Translations under genes and position numbers: made by a program | NCBI GenBank assembly: GCA_963811165.1 | Contig: CAWEQH010000001.1 | Location: 1-64,000 of the forward strand | DNA: 64,000 nucleotides | Reading direction: 5' to 3' | Source: an uncultured Nitrospiraceae bacterium | Lineage (GTDB): Bacteria > Nitrospirota > Thermodesulfovibrionia > Thermodesulfovibrionales > UBA6898 | Shown here: piece after piece, positions 7,593 to 16,932 of the stretch | Layout: the number at the start of each line of letters is the position of its first letter | How positions within the stretch are numbered: position 1 is the stretch's first letter | Notes under the pieces: generated by a model | The model's input: the letters and a program-made list of their open reading frames with translations, nothing else | What the model was told of the DNA's origin: nothing | The model's database searches: none

Positions 7593-7961
7593 ATGAGAGT
7601 ATTGGGAATGGGAAGAATGACATCTCCCTTACTGATAGTTTCTTTCATCTTTTTCGTCACTTATTTTTCAGGGAGCCGGGCTTCGGCTGAGACAACAGGA
7701 GAATCTTTGTTCAAGGAGAACTGTTCCGCATGCCACCCTGACGGGGGTAATATCCTCAACCCGAAGAAGACCCTGAAACAAAAAGACCTCGATGTAAATG
7801 ATATCAAAACCGCAGAGGCGATAGTGAAAAAGATGAGAAATCCTGGACCTGTTCCTACACATCCCCAGGAATGGGCGGGTATGAAGATGTTTGATAAAAA
7901 CAAAATTTCAGACCAAGACGCACTGAAGATCGCAGAGTATATTTTGAAGACTTTCCATTAA
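7593..7961 (+). CDS. Monoheme cytochrome c (c6-like), exported
   Basis: Signal peptide, CSACH, 'GGNILNPKKTL'. Confidence 0.85.
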   Translation: MRVLGMGRMTSPLLIVSFIFFVTYFSGSRASAETTGESLFKENCSACHPDGGNILNPKKTLKQKDLDVNDIKTAEAIVKKMRNPGPVPTHPQEWAGMKMFDKNKISDQDALKIAEYILKTFH

Positions 7962-8073
7962 CCTTATATCGGATTGTAATAACCTACTTATGTGAGACAT
8001 TTCATGAATTGGCCGCACACGTTCACTTAATGGAGATTAAAGAAACAATCTCCCTCTGCCAAGGAGAACTCGT

Positions 8074-9117
8074 ATGATATTCAAGACATTTGAAAAAGAG
8101 GAACTGCGAAGTCTCTTCGAGATCTTGGCGGCAGAAAACAAGGTTGTTGCGCCGGTCGAGGCGGGAAGGACTAAGGACGGCGTGCCTGTGTATTCCTTCA
8201 AGGAAGCCGAGCATTTCGGAGAAGTGGCTCTGTCTTATACGACAACAAAGCTGCCTGCAAAGAGGTATTTCCTACCCTATAGAGAATACCTGGCGACATT
8301 CCGCATTGAGGGCGATGACTGGCAGAAGAAGGTAGACTATAATATCGACCGACCCTATGTCCTCTTCGGCCTTCATGCCTGCGACATCAACGCCCTGAAC
8401 AAGCTCGACAAGGTCCTCCTGGGAGGCATCTACCCGATGCCCTATTACGCGGCAAAGAGGAAAAACATGTTCATCGTGGGCATCGATTGTACGCCCCAGC
8501 CTTTCTGCTTCTGCCGATCGATGGGGGCCGATACCGCACTTCATGGGTTCGATATGTTCATCACCGATCTGGGTAAATGCTATTTTGCAGAGATACTCTC
8601 TGATGCGGCTTACAATTTATTGAAGAATATAAAGACAGGCGAGCCGACGGAGGAAGACCATGTGCTCTATAGGAGGACAGTCTCTGAGAAGAACAGGAAA
8701 TTCACCGCCCGGGTTGACACCACCGACCTTACGAAAATTCTCGATTTGGAATTTCAGTCCGAAGTCTGGAAAACATGGGGCGAGAGGTGTTTGGCCTGCG
8801 GCACATGCGCAAATGTCTGTCCAACCTGTTATTGCTACGGCGTGGAAGAGACTGTTGACATGGATCTTTGCGGTGCAAAAAAAACAAAAATACTTTATTC
8901 ATGCAACCTCATAGACTTTGCCGAGGTCGCGGGCGGGCACAACTTCAGGCCGGAGCGTCACGTGCGGCTCAAATACAGGTATTATCATAAACACAGGGGT
9001 TTCGTCGAGGCGTATGAGGAGCCGCTCTGCGTCGGCTGTGGCCGCTGCGGAGAATCGTGCCTCGCCGGGATTACGGTCCCTGAGGTCATTGCGTCCGTGC
9101 GGGGAGAGGGAAACTGA
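8074..9117 (+). CDS. Group 3b [NiFe]-hydrogenase (sulfhydrogenase) beta subunit, 4Fe-4S, AsrA-like
   Basis: CLACGTCANVCPTCYC and CVGCGRCGESC motifs; first gene of the operon. Confidence 0.85.
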   Translation: MIFKTFEKEELRSLFEILAAENKVVAPVEAGRTKDGVPVYSFKEAEHFGEVALSYTTTKLPAKRYFLPYREYLATFRIEGDDWQKKVDYNIDRPYVLFGLHACDINALNKLDKVLLGGIYPMPYYAAKRKNMFIVGIDCTPQPFCFCRSMGADTALHGFDMFITDLGKCYFAEILSDAAYNLLKNIKTGEPTEEDHVLYRRTVSEKNRKFTARVDTTDLTKILDLEFQSEVWKTWGERCLACGTCANVCPTCYCYGVEETVDMDLCGAKKTKILYSCNLIDFAEVAGGHNFRPERHVRLKYRYYHKHRGFVEAYEEPLCVGCGRCGESCLAGITVPEVIASVRGEGN

Positions 9118-9118
9118 A

Positions 9119-10024
9119 ATGAGCGCCCACCTAAGGTTCACGGACATTTCGCGTACCCGGTTGGAGGAACGCCGCAGGGACGATGTGAACACCTTCGAAA
9201 ATACCTTTAAGGCGGAGATCACCAATATCCATGCCCTCACGGAGATGGAAAGATTATACAGGATACAGATCATCGATCTTGAAGAAAGAATGAGGTTCAG
9301 GTTTGAACCGGGCCAGTTCGTCATGCTGGAAGTGCCGGGCATCGGCGAGGCCCCCTTTTCGGTTTCCTCACCACCTTCACGCCATGGCGACATCGAACTC
9401 TGCATTAGAAGAGTGGGAGACTTGACAAACTTTCTTGCGCGGGCGGAACGAGGCATGCGGGTAGGAATACGGGGCCCCTTCGGCACGAGCTTTCCTATGG
9501 AGCAGATGTACGGCCACAATATCCTTCTGATAGCAGGCGGCCTCGGCCTTGCGCCGCTTCGCACCCCTATCTTCGCTATACAGGAAAACAGAAACCGCTT
9601 CAGCGACGTAGACATCATCTACGGGGCAAAGGACCCGCTGCAACTCCTCTTTACATACCAGTACGCTTTGTGGCGGGCCGATGATATTAGTCTGAGCATA
9701 ATAGTCGAAAAGGGCGGTCCTTCCTGGAAAGGGCCAGTGGGGCTGATTACGCGTGTCTTGGAGGATATCCTTTCGGCTAAAGACGCGGCCTATTTTCAGG
9801 ATACCTATGCGATAGTCTGCGGTCCCCCTGTCATGTTCAAGTTCGTATGTACGATGCTAAACAACAAAGACATACCTATGCAAAATATGTTCGTCTCGCT
9901 CGAGCGCAGGATGCACTGCGGCGTGGGAAAGTGCTGCCGCTGCAATGTCGGTTCTACTTACATATGTCTGAAGGGACCTGTCTTTGACTACTGGACGGTA
10001 ATGAATCTGAAGGAGGCGATTTGA
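9119..10024 (+). CDS. Group 3b hydrogenase gamma subunit (FAD/NAD(P)-binding, 2Fe-2S)
   Basis: 'PGQF', 'RGPFG', 'AGGLGLAP', 'CGPPVM', 'MHCGVGKCCRC...C' motifs. Confidence 0.88.
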   Translation: MSAHLRFTDISRTRLEERRRDDVNTFENTFKAEITNIHALTEMERLYRIQIIDLEERMRFRFEPGQFVMLEVPGIGEAPFSVSSPPSRHGDIELCIRRVGDLTNFLARAERGMRVGIRGPFGTSFPMEQMYGHNILLIAGGLGLAPLRTPIFAIQENRNRFSDVDIIYGAKDPLQLLFTYQYALWRADDISLSIIVEKGGPSWKGPVGLITRVLEDILSAKDAAYFQDTYAIVCGPPVMFKFVCTMLNNKDIPMQNMFVSLERRMHCGVGKCCRCNVGSTYICLKGPVFDYWTVMNLKEAI

Positions 10025-10830
10025 TGCCGGAGACAAAATCCGTGAGAACGTATCTCGGCGTGCCGCTTTACAAGCCGAGGGTCGCCTTCTTTGAGCTAAC
10101 TTCTTGCGAGGGCTGCCAGCTTCAGATAGTCAACAATGAGGCGACACTCTTAGACTTCCTTTCCCTTGTCGAGGTGGTAAATTTCCGTGAGGCGATGACG
10201 GGGGGCGCCGCAGACTGCGATATCGCCTTTGTCGAGGGAAGCATTACAAGAAGCGATGAGGTCCTGAGGCTGAGAGAGATCCGGCAGAAGTCCAAGGTAC
10301 TTGTGGCCTTCGGTTCCTGTGCGTGCTTCGGCGGGGTAAACCGGCTAAAAAACAGGTTTGGCTCCGGCCGGGCACGAAAGCTTGTTTACGGCGATGCGCC
10401 TGTCGAAACAGAAGAGGTCAGACCTATCGAGGCTGTCGTGAGTGTCGACCTCAAGATCTACGGATGTCCTGTAAGAAAAGAAGAGGTCGAAGCGGTCGTC
10501 ACCAATATCGCCGTCGGCAAAGCGGTCGTGCTCCCGAAATATCCGGTCTGCATGGAGTGCAAGGCAAACGAAAATATCTGTCTCTTCGACCTGGGCGAGC
10601 CCTGTCTTGGGCCGATCACGAGGGCAGGCTGCGGTGCGTGGTGCCCCAACGGCAGGGCAGGCTGCCGGGGCTGCCGGGGACCGGCCGAAGACGCAAACAT
10701 CGCAGAGTTGGAGAAGGTGATGGAGGAGCGCGGATTTTCACTCGAGGAAATACTCGACCGGCTCGAATGCTTCGGCGGTTTCGCGGCCTTCGCTGACGAA
10801 TTGAGAATGAAGACAGGAAAAGGAAAATAA
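10024..10830 (+). CDS. Group 3b hydrogenase small (delta) subunit
   Basis: 'TSCEGC', 'VEGS', 'GSCA..GG', 'GCP', 'CLGPITRAGCGAWCP...CRGCRG'. Confidence 0.9.
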   Translation: MPETKSVRTYLGVPLYKPRVAFFELTSCEGCQLQIVNNEATLLDFLSLVEVVNFREAMTGGAADCDIAFVEGSITRSDEVLRLREIRQKSKVLVAFGSCACFGGVNRLKNRFGSGRARKLVYGDAPVETEEVRPIEAVVSVDLKIYGCPVRKEEVEAVVTNIAVGKAVVLPKYPVCMECKANENICLFDLGEPCLGPITRAGCGAWCPNGRAGCRGCRGPAEDANIAELEKVMEERGFSLEEILDRLECFGGFAAFADELRMKTGKGK

Positions 10831-10833
10831 AAG

Positions 10834-12108
10834 ATGAAGGTCAATTGTGACATGGACATACGTCACCTGAGCCGTGTCGAGGGACATGGGAATATCCATA
10901 TCAGGATTAAAGACGGAAAGCTTGAAGAGGCAAGATGGGAAGTAGTTGAGACCCCGCGTTTTTTCGAGGCGATACTGGTCGGGAAAAAATGGGATACCGT
11001 GCCTTGGATCTGCGGGCGGATCTGCGGCATATGCTCGATCGGACATACGCTGGCCAGTATACGTACCATTGAAAACGCCTTTGGTATTATTCCCACCGGC
11101 CAGACAACAAAGCTGCGCATTCTTTTGAAACATATGGAGACCCTCCAGAGTCATATACTCCATCTCTTTTTCCTCGCTGCGCCCGATTTTCTCGGCACGC
11201 AGAGCGTATTTCCCCTCATAGAGTCATCTCCCGAGATGGTCCAGCGGGCGGCCAGGATTAAACTGCTCGCCAATGACATATGCGATTGCGTGGGCGGGCG
11301 CCGCATCCATCCGATGAGGACAGTCGTGGGGGGGTTTACCATGCTTCCCGGGAAAAAGGAACTTTCGTCTTTTCGGGAAAGGCTAAGTAAAATTGTTGAT
11401 GACCTTCTCTTTACTGCAGTGGTATTTGGCACCTTTAAGATCCCTGACTTCGTAAGGGAAACGGAGTTCGTCTCCCTGAAGGGGGAAAATGGATATCCTT
11501 TTATCGGCGGCGACCTCATATCGACCGACGGCGTTCATCGAAAAGAGGAGGAATACAGACTCATGACGAATGAATTTATCGTAGAACAGTCGACCTCAAA
11601 ATGGGCCAGGCTTTCCCGCCGGTCCTTCGCGGTCGGGGCGCTGGCCAGGCTGAATAACAATTTCGAGTTCCTGCGTCCCATTGCAAAGGAAGTAGCCGGC
11701 AACTTCAACCTCATGCCCGTAACCCATAACCCCTTCATGAACAACATCGCCCAGCTCGTTGAATGCCTCCATGTTGCTACGGAATCAATAGGCCTCATTG
11801 ACGAACTACTCGACGGGGAATGGGACAAACCGAGGCAGCAGGTGATTCCACGGAAGGGTATCGGTGTCGGAGCGGTCGAGGTCCCCAGGGGCATACTTTA
11901 TCATTGCTATGAATTTAATGAGACCGGACACGTTATCCATAGCGACTGCGTAATCCCTACGGGCCAGAATCATGCCAATATCCAACTTGACCTTGAGGAG
12001 CTTGCGGGACAGTTTGCCGTGCAGGGCATGACAGACCGCGGCATCGAACTTCTCGCACAGATGCTCGTTAGATCATATGACCCTTGTATTTCCTGTTCAG
12101 TTCATTGA
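10834..12108 (+). CDS. Group 3b [NiFe]-hydrogenase large (alpha) subunit
   Basis: 'RVEGHG', L1 'RICGIC', 'EVPRG', L2 'YDPCISCSVH*'. Confidence 0.93.
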   Translation: MKVNCDMDIRHLSRVEGHGNIHIRIKDGKLEEARWEVVETPRFFEAILVGKKWDTVPWICGRICGICSIGHTLASIRTIENAFGIIPTGQTTKLRILLKHMETLQSHILHLFFLAAPDFLGTQSVFPLIESSPEMVQRAARIKLLANDICDCVGGRRIHPMRTVVGGFTMLPGKKELSSFRERLSKIVDDLLFTAVVFGTFKIPDFVRETEFVSLKGENGYPFIGGDLISTDGVHRKEEEYRLMTNEFIVEQSTSKWARLSRRSFAVGALARLNNNFEFLRPIAKEVAGNFNLMPVTHNPFMNNIAQLVECLHVATESIGLIDELLDGEWDKPRQQVIPRKGIGVGAVEVPRGILYHCYEFNETGHVIHSDCVIPTGQNHANIQLDLEELAGQFAVQGMTDRGIELLAQMLVRSYDPCISCSVH

Positions 12109-12130
12109 AGCTTAAAACTGCAGATTGATC

Positions 12131-12159
12131 TTGACAGACATCCGGAAAAGGAGTAGCCT
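12131..12159 (+). promoter_or_regulatory. Sigma70-like promoter with no downstream protein gene
   Basis: TTGACA-N17-TAGCCT. Confidence 0.45.
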
Positions 12160-12184
12160 TTGATCAAGAGCAAGAGAAAAAGCT

Positions 12185-12311
12185 GGTGGTGGTCATGCTC
12201 CTCTTTGCCAGGACTCATGATTAAGGCGAAAGCCGAGGGTCTAATGACCTAAAGTCGTGAGATGATTAATCTCTATGAGATACCGGCGGGAAGGAACAGC
12301 ACCACCTTTTT
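12185..12311. ncRNA. Candidate structured RNA (multibranch, GAAA tetraloop)
   Basis: Closing GGTGGTG/CACCACC followed by T-tract; inner helices and hairpins GGC-GAAA-GCC, GGTC-TAAT-GACC, GAGAT-GATTA-ATCTC. Confidence 0.45.
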
Positions 12312-12684
12312 ATTGTGCCACATTCCGAGTTTCCGCGCCAAGAGAGTAACACCCCATCCTCGATGAGTGCTGTCTTCATCTTTATCAATGCAACCAGTTC
12401 ATACTGCCCCGTCTATGCGCCGGGACGAAACCGAGTTTCCCCAGCTCTTTCAGGGCCGGTTTGTAGCCGGTATGATGGATGCCTTGTATCCCGAGCGTTT
12501 CCGCCGCCTCCGCAAACATCGTCCCGTTGAGGTCCTCGCTGTCGAGGCCGAAGGCGCCGGCCGCGCTGCCACGCATAGCCCGTTCCCAGCCGTTAGTAAG
12601 AATGACACCCCCTCTATCGGGAAACAGTGTTGTGATAAGGGGAGGTGCCATACCATGCCTTTTATTTCGACGCGATAGAAAAAA

Positions 12685-13011
12685 TCAGTTAAAGGTCTTC
12701 AATATATAGTCAGCGATGGCCTTTGCGTCCTTATCCGAGATTGTTTTTTTATCGAACTGTGTCATGCCCGGTCCGGGATTCCTCATCTTCGAAATGATAT
12801 CTGCGGGTTTCCTGATATCATTTGCCTCCCGGTCTTTTTTATGAAGAGTCTTTTTGGGGTTGATAATGTTGCCGCCCTCAGGATGACACGGAGAGCAGTT
12901 TGCCTTGAAAAGCTCCTCTCCCTTCCCATTCGCTGCATCTCCCTTTGCAAAACCCGTCACCGAAACAGAAATAAAAAAGACCGCCAGGAAAAATATACAT
13001 GCTTTTTTCAT
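12685..13011 (-). CDS. Monoheme cytochrome c (c6-like), paralog of 7593..7961
   Basis: Signal peptide, CSPCH, 'GGNIINPKKTL...KMRNPGPGM'. Confidence 0.88.
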   Translation of the reverse strand: MKKACIFFLAVFFISVSVTGFAKGDAANGKGEELFKANCSPCHPEGGNIINPKKTLHKKDREANDIRKPADIISKMRNPGPGMTQFDKKTISDKDAKAIADYILKTFN

Positions 13012-13265
13012 ATGCATCTCCTCCTTGTAGTTTATTGCAGAAAATCCTCTGCGACCGCGATTCATGCTCGCAGACGTAGTCAGTTTACGTTCACCCCCTT
13101 TAGCTACTTCTTAGCATGGAATCGGAGTTGTTTCAAGAAACTTTTTTTTGAGCGGCAAAGTCACCCTGCGTATCCCCCATATGGTTTGCGGTGAGGGCTT
13201 TATTGCCCTTATTGTAATGGTAATTTTTTCCTGATAGACTGAAAATAAAATGGGAGGAGAATATT

Positions 13266-13604
13266 ATGAAGACCGTCTTTTTTGTGTTTGCAGCCATGAT
13301 AGTTCTGGGATGTATGTCTTCTGACGTCTTTGCTGCAGGAGACGCTAAAAAAGGAAAGGCCCTGTTCAGTGACCCCAAGGCCTTCGGTGGCGCCAGAGCT
13401 TGCAGCGCGTGTCATCCGGACGGAAGCGGACTGGAAAATGCGGCCGGGAAAAAAGTGTTCCATGTTGCGGGGGGGACCCAGGAGAGCCTTGAGGACGCCG
13501 TGAATGCGTGTATCGTAAATGCCAGCATGGGAAAGGCAATCGATATCAAGTCTGCGCAGATGAAGGAGATCGTAGCCTATATTAAGTCGCTCAAAAAGAA
13601 ATGA
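13266..13604 (+). CDS. Monoheme cytochrome c, exported
   Basis: Signal peptide, 'GDAKKGKALF', CSACH. Confidence 0.85.
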   Translation: MKTVFFVFAAMIVLGCMSSDVFAAGDAKKGKALFSDPKAFGGARACSACHPDGSGLENAAGKKVFHVAGGTQESLEDAVNACIVNASMGKAIDIKSAQMKEIVAYIKSLKKK

Positions 13605-13643
13605 AGGGGAAAAAGCAGGGTAGCGACGTACGTGAGAAAAATA

Positions 13644-13730
13644 TGGTGCCGGTGGTCGGAATCGAACCGACACGGGGTTGCCCCCACCGGATTTTGAGTC
13701 CGGCGCGTCTGCCAGTTCCACCACACCGGC
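13644..13730 (-). tRNA. tRNA-Leu (anticodon CAA)
   Basis: Reverse complement GCCGGTGTGGTGGAACTGGCAGACGCGCCGGACTCAAAATCCGG...GGTTCGATTCC...GGCACCA; long variable arm. Confidence 0.95.
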
Positions 13731-13832
13731 ACATTCGGCAAGTGCTGACAGCTACAGTGCTATAGTATACAAAATATTTCCTAAAATTATAAATAAATGG
13801 AGGGGCGTATCGCGGTATATCAGATCCGGTCA

Positions 13833-15488
13833 CTACCCGCCTCCGCCCGCCAAACTGAGCGCCCTGCCGAGCGCCGGGATGAAGTCTTTTTTTCTGGATA
13901 GGACATTCGGCAGTGTGCATGTGTCCCGTTCGATCTTCACATTAAACGCCTTCTCGACAATCCACGTATCCCCCTTGAGAAGCACCCGTTCCTGCTTGGA
14001 ATTGGCGGGATTTGTTACAAGCAGAGCGGTAAGATCGTATCCATTTGCCTTCCTGAGCCTTTCAAGTTCGGCAAGAAATTCTTCTTCCCTTAGATCGATC
14101 TCCTCGCAGTCGAGGACCATCATCTGGCTGATCCCAAGCTTTTTCCCGCCGATAAGAAATTCCTTGAAGTCTGCCGCGATCAGCTCTGATGCAGTCTTGC
14201 CCTGGATGTTGATGCTCGCCTTCAGGAGCTCTCTCCCATAATCCTTGATCGAGACACCCGCAATTTCTGCGAGCCGTTCCGCGGTCGTATGGTCACGATC
14301 CGTCGTGGTCGAAAGAGTGAGGATAAGGGTGTCCGACAGGATCCCGGAAAGCAGCAGTCCCGCAATCTCTCGGGGGATGTTTACGCCGTGAAGAAACATC
14401 ATTCCCGCCACAACAGTGCATGTGCTTCCGATGGGGTCATTATATACGTAGATCGGCGCCACCGTAGAGATATCGCCGACACGATGGTGGTCGATTATCT
14501 CAAGAATCTCGGCCTCCTCGATATTGTCGACGGCCTGCGATATCTCATTGTGGTCGACAAGTATCGCCTTCTTTCTGACAGGGCTAAGAAGGTCCGTCCT
14601 TGTAATAAACCCTATCAGCCTCTCGTCGCTGTCCACAACGACAGCCGAGCGGTACTCGGACTCCAGTATCCTTTTCCGGAGTTCCGAGATAGGAGTATAG
14701 AGGCCGACACCGGGGTTTGAGGTGGACATGATGGCAGCAACCGGCTCAGATAATGTCATGAGTTGTACGGTCGCAAAGGCATGATGGGGGGATGAAATCA
14801 ACAATGTCCCCCGCTCTTCTGCTAGAGATATGATATCGTTGCCCACGGGCATCCCGTCGGTAATGATCACCGCAGAGCACCCGGCACGAATGATCTCCAG
14901 CTGGATATCCTGCTGGTCGCCGATGACTACTACATCCCCCGCCCTCACCTTATTGAGCAAGGTGCCCTTCTGCATGGAGGCGATGATTATCCTCCCGGCA
15001 AGGGTCTCGACTTTCTTCGTATTGCTGATTACGCGACCTTCAAGAGTCTTGATAAATATATCCAGGCTTATCGGCGCTCCGGAGATATCCGTGAAGCCGA
15101 CACTCTCCATATAGTGACGGGCTATGTCCTTGAGCCCCACTATCCCTTCAAATCTGCCGGTATCGTCGATAACCGGTACTGAACGTACCCCTTTCTCCCT
15201 CATCAATAGGGCAAGGGCCTGGATAGAATCCCTGATGTGCACTGAAATAGGCTTCTTCATCATAAGATCGCTCACTGTGGCTGCCATACTCTCTATCTCG
15301 TTAGGTACCGGCACCCCGAACCGTTCGAGCACAAACTGCGTTTCCTCGCCGATCTTTCCGGCCCGCACGGGGGTAAAGAGGAACCTTTTGTCAGTCACAT
15401 TTTTGAAATGCGCATACCCTATCGCCGAACAGATAGAGTCCGTGTCCGGGTTCTTATGCCCGATGATATATACAATTTTGGTGTCCAT
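13833..15488 (-). CDS. ppaC: Mn-dependent inorganic pyrophosphatase with CBS and DRTGG domains
   Basis: 'GHKNPDTDS', 'LVDHNE', 'IDHH', 'SRKK' plus CBS/DRTGG insertion. Confidence 0.92.
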   Translation of the reverse strand: MDTKIVYIIGHKNPDTDSICSAIGYAHFKNVTDKRFLFTPVRAGKIGEETQFVLERFGVPVPNEIESMAATVSDLMMKKPISVHIRDSIQALALLMREKGVRSVPVIDDTGRFEGIVGLKDIARHYMESVGFTDISGAPISLDIFIKTLEGRVISNTKKVETLAGRIIIASMQKGTLLNKVRAGDVVVIGDQQDIQLEIIRAGCSAVIITDGMPVGNDIISLAEERGTLLISSPHHAFATVQLMTLSEPVAAIMSTSNPGVGLYTPISELRKRILESEYRSAVVVDSDERLIGFITRTDLLSPVRKKAILVDHNEISQAVDNIEEAEILEIIDHHRVGDISTVAPIYVYNDPIGSTCTVVAGMMFLHGVNIPREIAGLLLSGILSDTLILTLSTTTDRDHTTAERLAEIAGVSIKDYGRELLKASINIQGKTASELIAADFKEFLIGGKKLGISQMMVLDCEEIDLREEEFLAELERLRKANGYDLTALLVTNPANSKQERVLLKGDTWIVEKAFNVKIERDTCTLPNVLSRKKDFIPALGRALSLAGGGG

Positions 15489-15491
15489 TTC

Positions 15492-16874
15492 TTATTTGCC
15501 TATGCAAAAATCGCTGAATATCCTGTTGAGAATGTCCTCGGTCGTCACCGCACCCGTGATCTCGCCGATGCTGTCGAGCGCGTCTCTCAGTTCCAACGCA
15601 AAAATCTCGAGTGGCCGATTGCTTATCAAGGAGTTGATCGCGCACGCAAGAGAAGCGGATGCCCGGTCGAGGGCCAGCTTGTGTCTTATGTTCGTCACGA
15701 TTATCCCCTCGTGGTCTTCCTTCCAGTCCTTCAGGGTCGACTGAAAAATGAGTGACTTCAGCTCCTCAAGTCCGTCACCATTCCTGGCGGATATGAAAAT
15801 ATGTTTTTTGCCGGGCGGCATACCGCCTTCAAGATGCAGCATGCCGAAGAGGTCGCATTTATTTATCGCGACAACGGCATCCTTTTCCCTGATTCTTTCG
15901 AGTATCTCCATGTCTTCTTCTTTCAGCGCCTCACTGCCATCAAGCAGAGCTATTACGAAATCTGCCTGTTCAAGCGCTTCGATGCTCCGCCTTATCCCCT
16001 CTTTCTCCACTGCCTCGATTGGGCTTCTGATGCCTGCCGTGTCGACAATCCTTACCGGCAGGCCTTGAATATTAAGACATTCCTCTATGGTATCTCTGGT
16101 CGTCCCGGGTATTGGCGTTACGATGGCCCTTTCCCTCATAAGGAGGGCGTTCAGCAGTGAAGATTTGCCGACATTGGGTCTCCCTACAATGGCCACGGAA
16201 AGCCCTTCCCTGAAGAAGCGCGCCTCATCGAAGGTCCGTGACAGACGCTCCGACTCCTCCCTTATCTTGCTGAGACGCCTCATAATTTCCTCCGACGTCC
16301 CGGCCCCTATATCCTCCTCGGGAAAATCGATATAGGCCTCGGCATATGCACAAATTTCTATCAGGGAATTCCTGAGATCGCCGAGTTTTTCAGAAAGGCC
16401 CCCTCTGAGCTGATCCACCGCTATCTTCATGCTCTCCTCCGTCCTTGCTGAGATGAGGTCCCTTACCGCCTCCGCTTGCGTCAGACTAATCCTTCCGTTT
16501 AGGAAGGCCCGCTTCGTAAACTCCCCGGGCTCGGCAAGCCTCGCCCCATTCCTCAGGACGATGCCAAGTATCTTCCTCACCGCAACCATGCCGCCGTGAC
16601 AGTTGATTTCTACGACATCTTCTTTTGTATATGAATTGGGAGCCCGCATCACCGAGACAAGCGCCTCATCGACCTCTGTCCCGTTCTCAGGATCAACCAC
16701 GCGACCATACCTAATCGAGGGTGACTTTGCCTCAGTAAGATCCGCCTTTCCCGCAGGGTTAAAGACCTTCTTTGCGATAGGCAACGATTCAGGACCGCTC
16801 AGTCGTACAATCCCTATACCGCCTTGGCCGACCGGGGTTGATATCGCAGCGATAGTATCCTCGCAAAAATTCAT
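15492..16874 (-). CDS. mnmE: tRNA modification GTPase MnmE
   Basis: 'DTIAAISTP', 'GRPNVGKS', 'GTTRD', 'DTAG', C-terminal 'FCIGK'. Confidence 0.97.
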   Translation of the reverse strand: MNFCEDTIAAISTPVGQGGIGIVRLSGPESLPIAKKVFNPAGKADLTEAKSPSIRYGRVVDPENGTEVDEALVSVMRAPNSYTKEDVVEINCHGGMVAVRKILGIVLRNGARLAEPGEFTKRAFLNGRISLTQAEAVRDLISARTEESMKIAVDQLRGGLSEKLGDLRNSLIEICAYAEAYIDFPEEDIGAGTSEEIMRRLSKIREESERLSRTFDEARFFREGLSVAIVGRPNVGKSSLLNALLMRERAIVTPIPGTTRDTIEECLNIQGLPVRIVDTAGIRSPIEAVEKEGIRRSIEALEQADFVIALLDGSEALKEEDMEILERIREKDAVVAINKCDLFGMLHLEGGMPPGKKHIFISARNGDGLEELKSLIFQSTLKDWKEDHEGIIVTNIRHKLALDRASASLACAINSLISNRPLEIFALELRDALDSIGEITGAVTTEDILNRIFSDFCIGK

Positions 16875-16932
16875 AAAAATAGTTTACTCCATGGTCTTTT
16901 TAAAAAGGAACCCGTTTATTGTCTTCGGCGTA

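Noticed and set aside
12185..12311. glmS ribozyme, c-di-GMP-I riboswitch, SRP or 6S RNA
   Set aside because: Only short partial resemblances (GCCAGGACT; GAAA loop with CTAA/TATGA; GGAAGGAA-CAGC). The remaining conserved cores are missing, and no regulated gene lies downstream.
12310..12660. Short overlapping ORFs on both strands
   Set aside because: No recognisable motifs; possibly a decayed gene fragment, but I cannot support a call.
13209..13724. 171-aa minus-strand ORF
   Set aside because: It starts inside tRNA-Leu and is antisense to a clear cytochrome c gene, so it is spurious.
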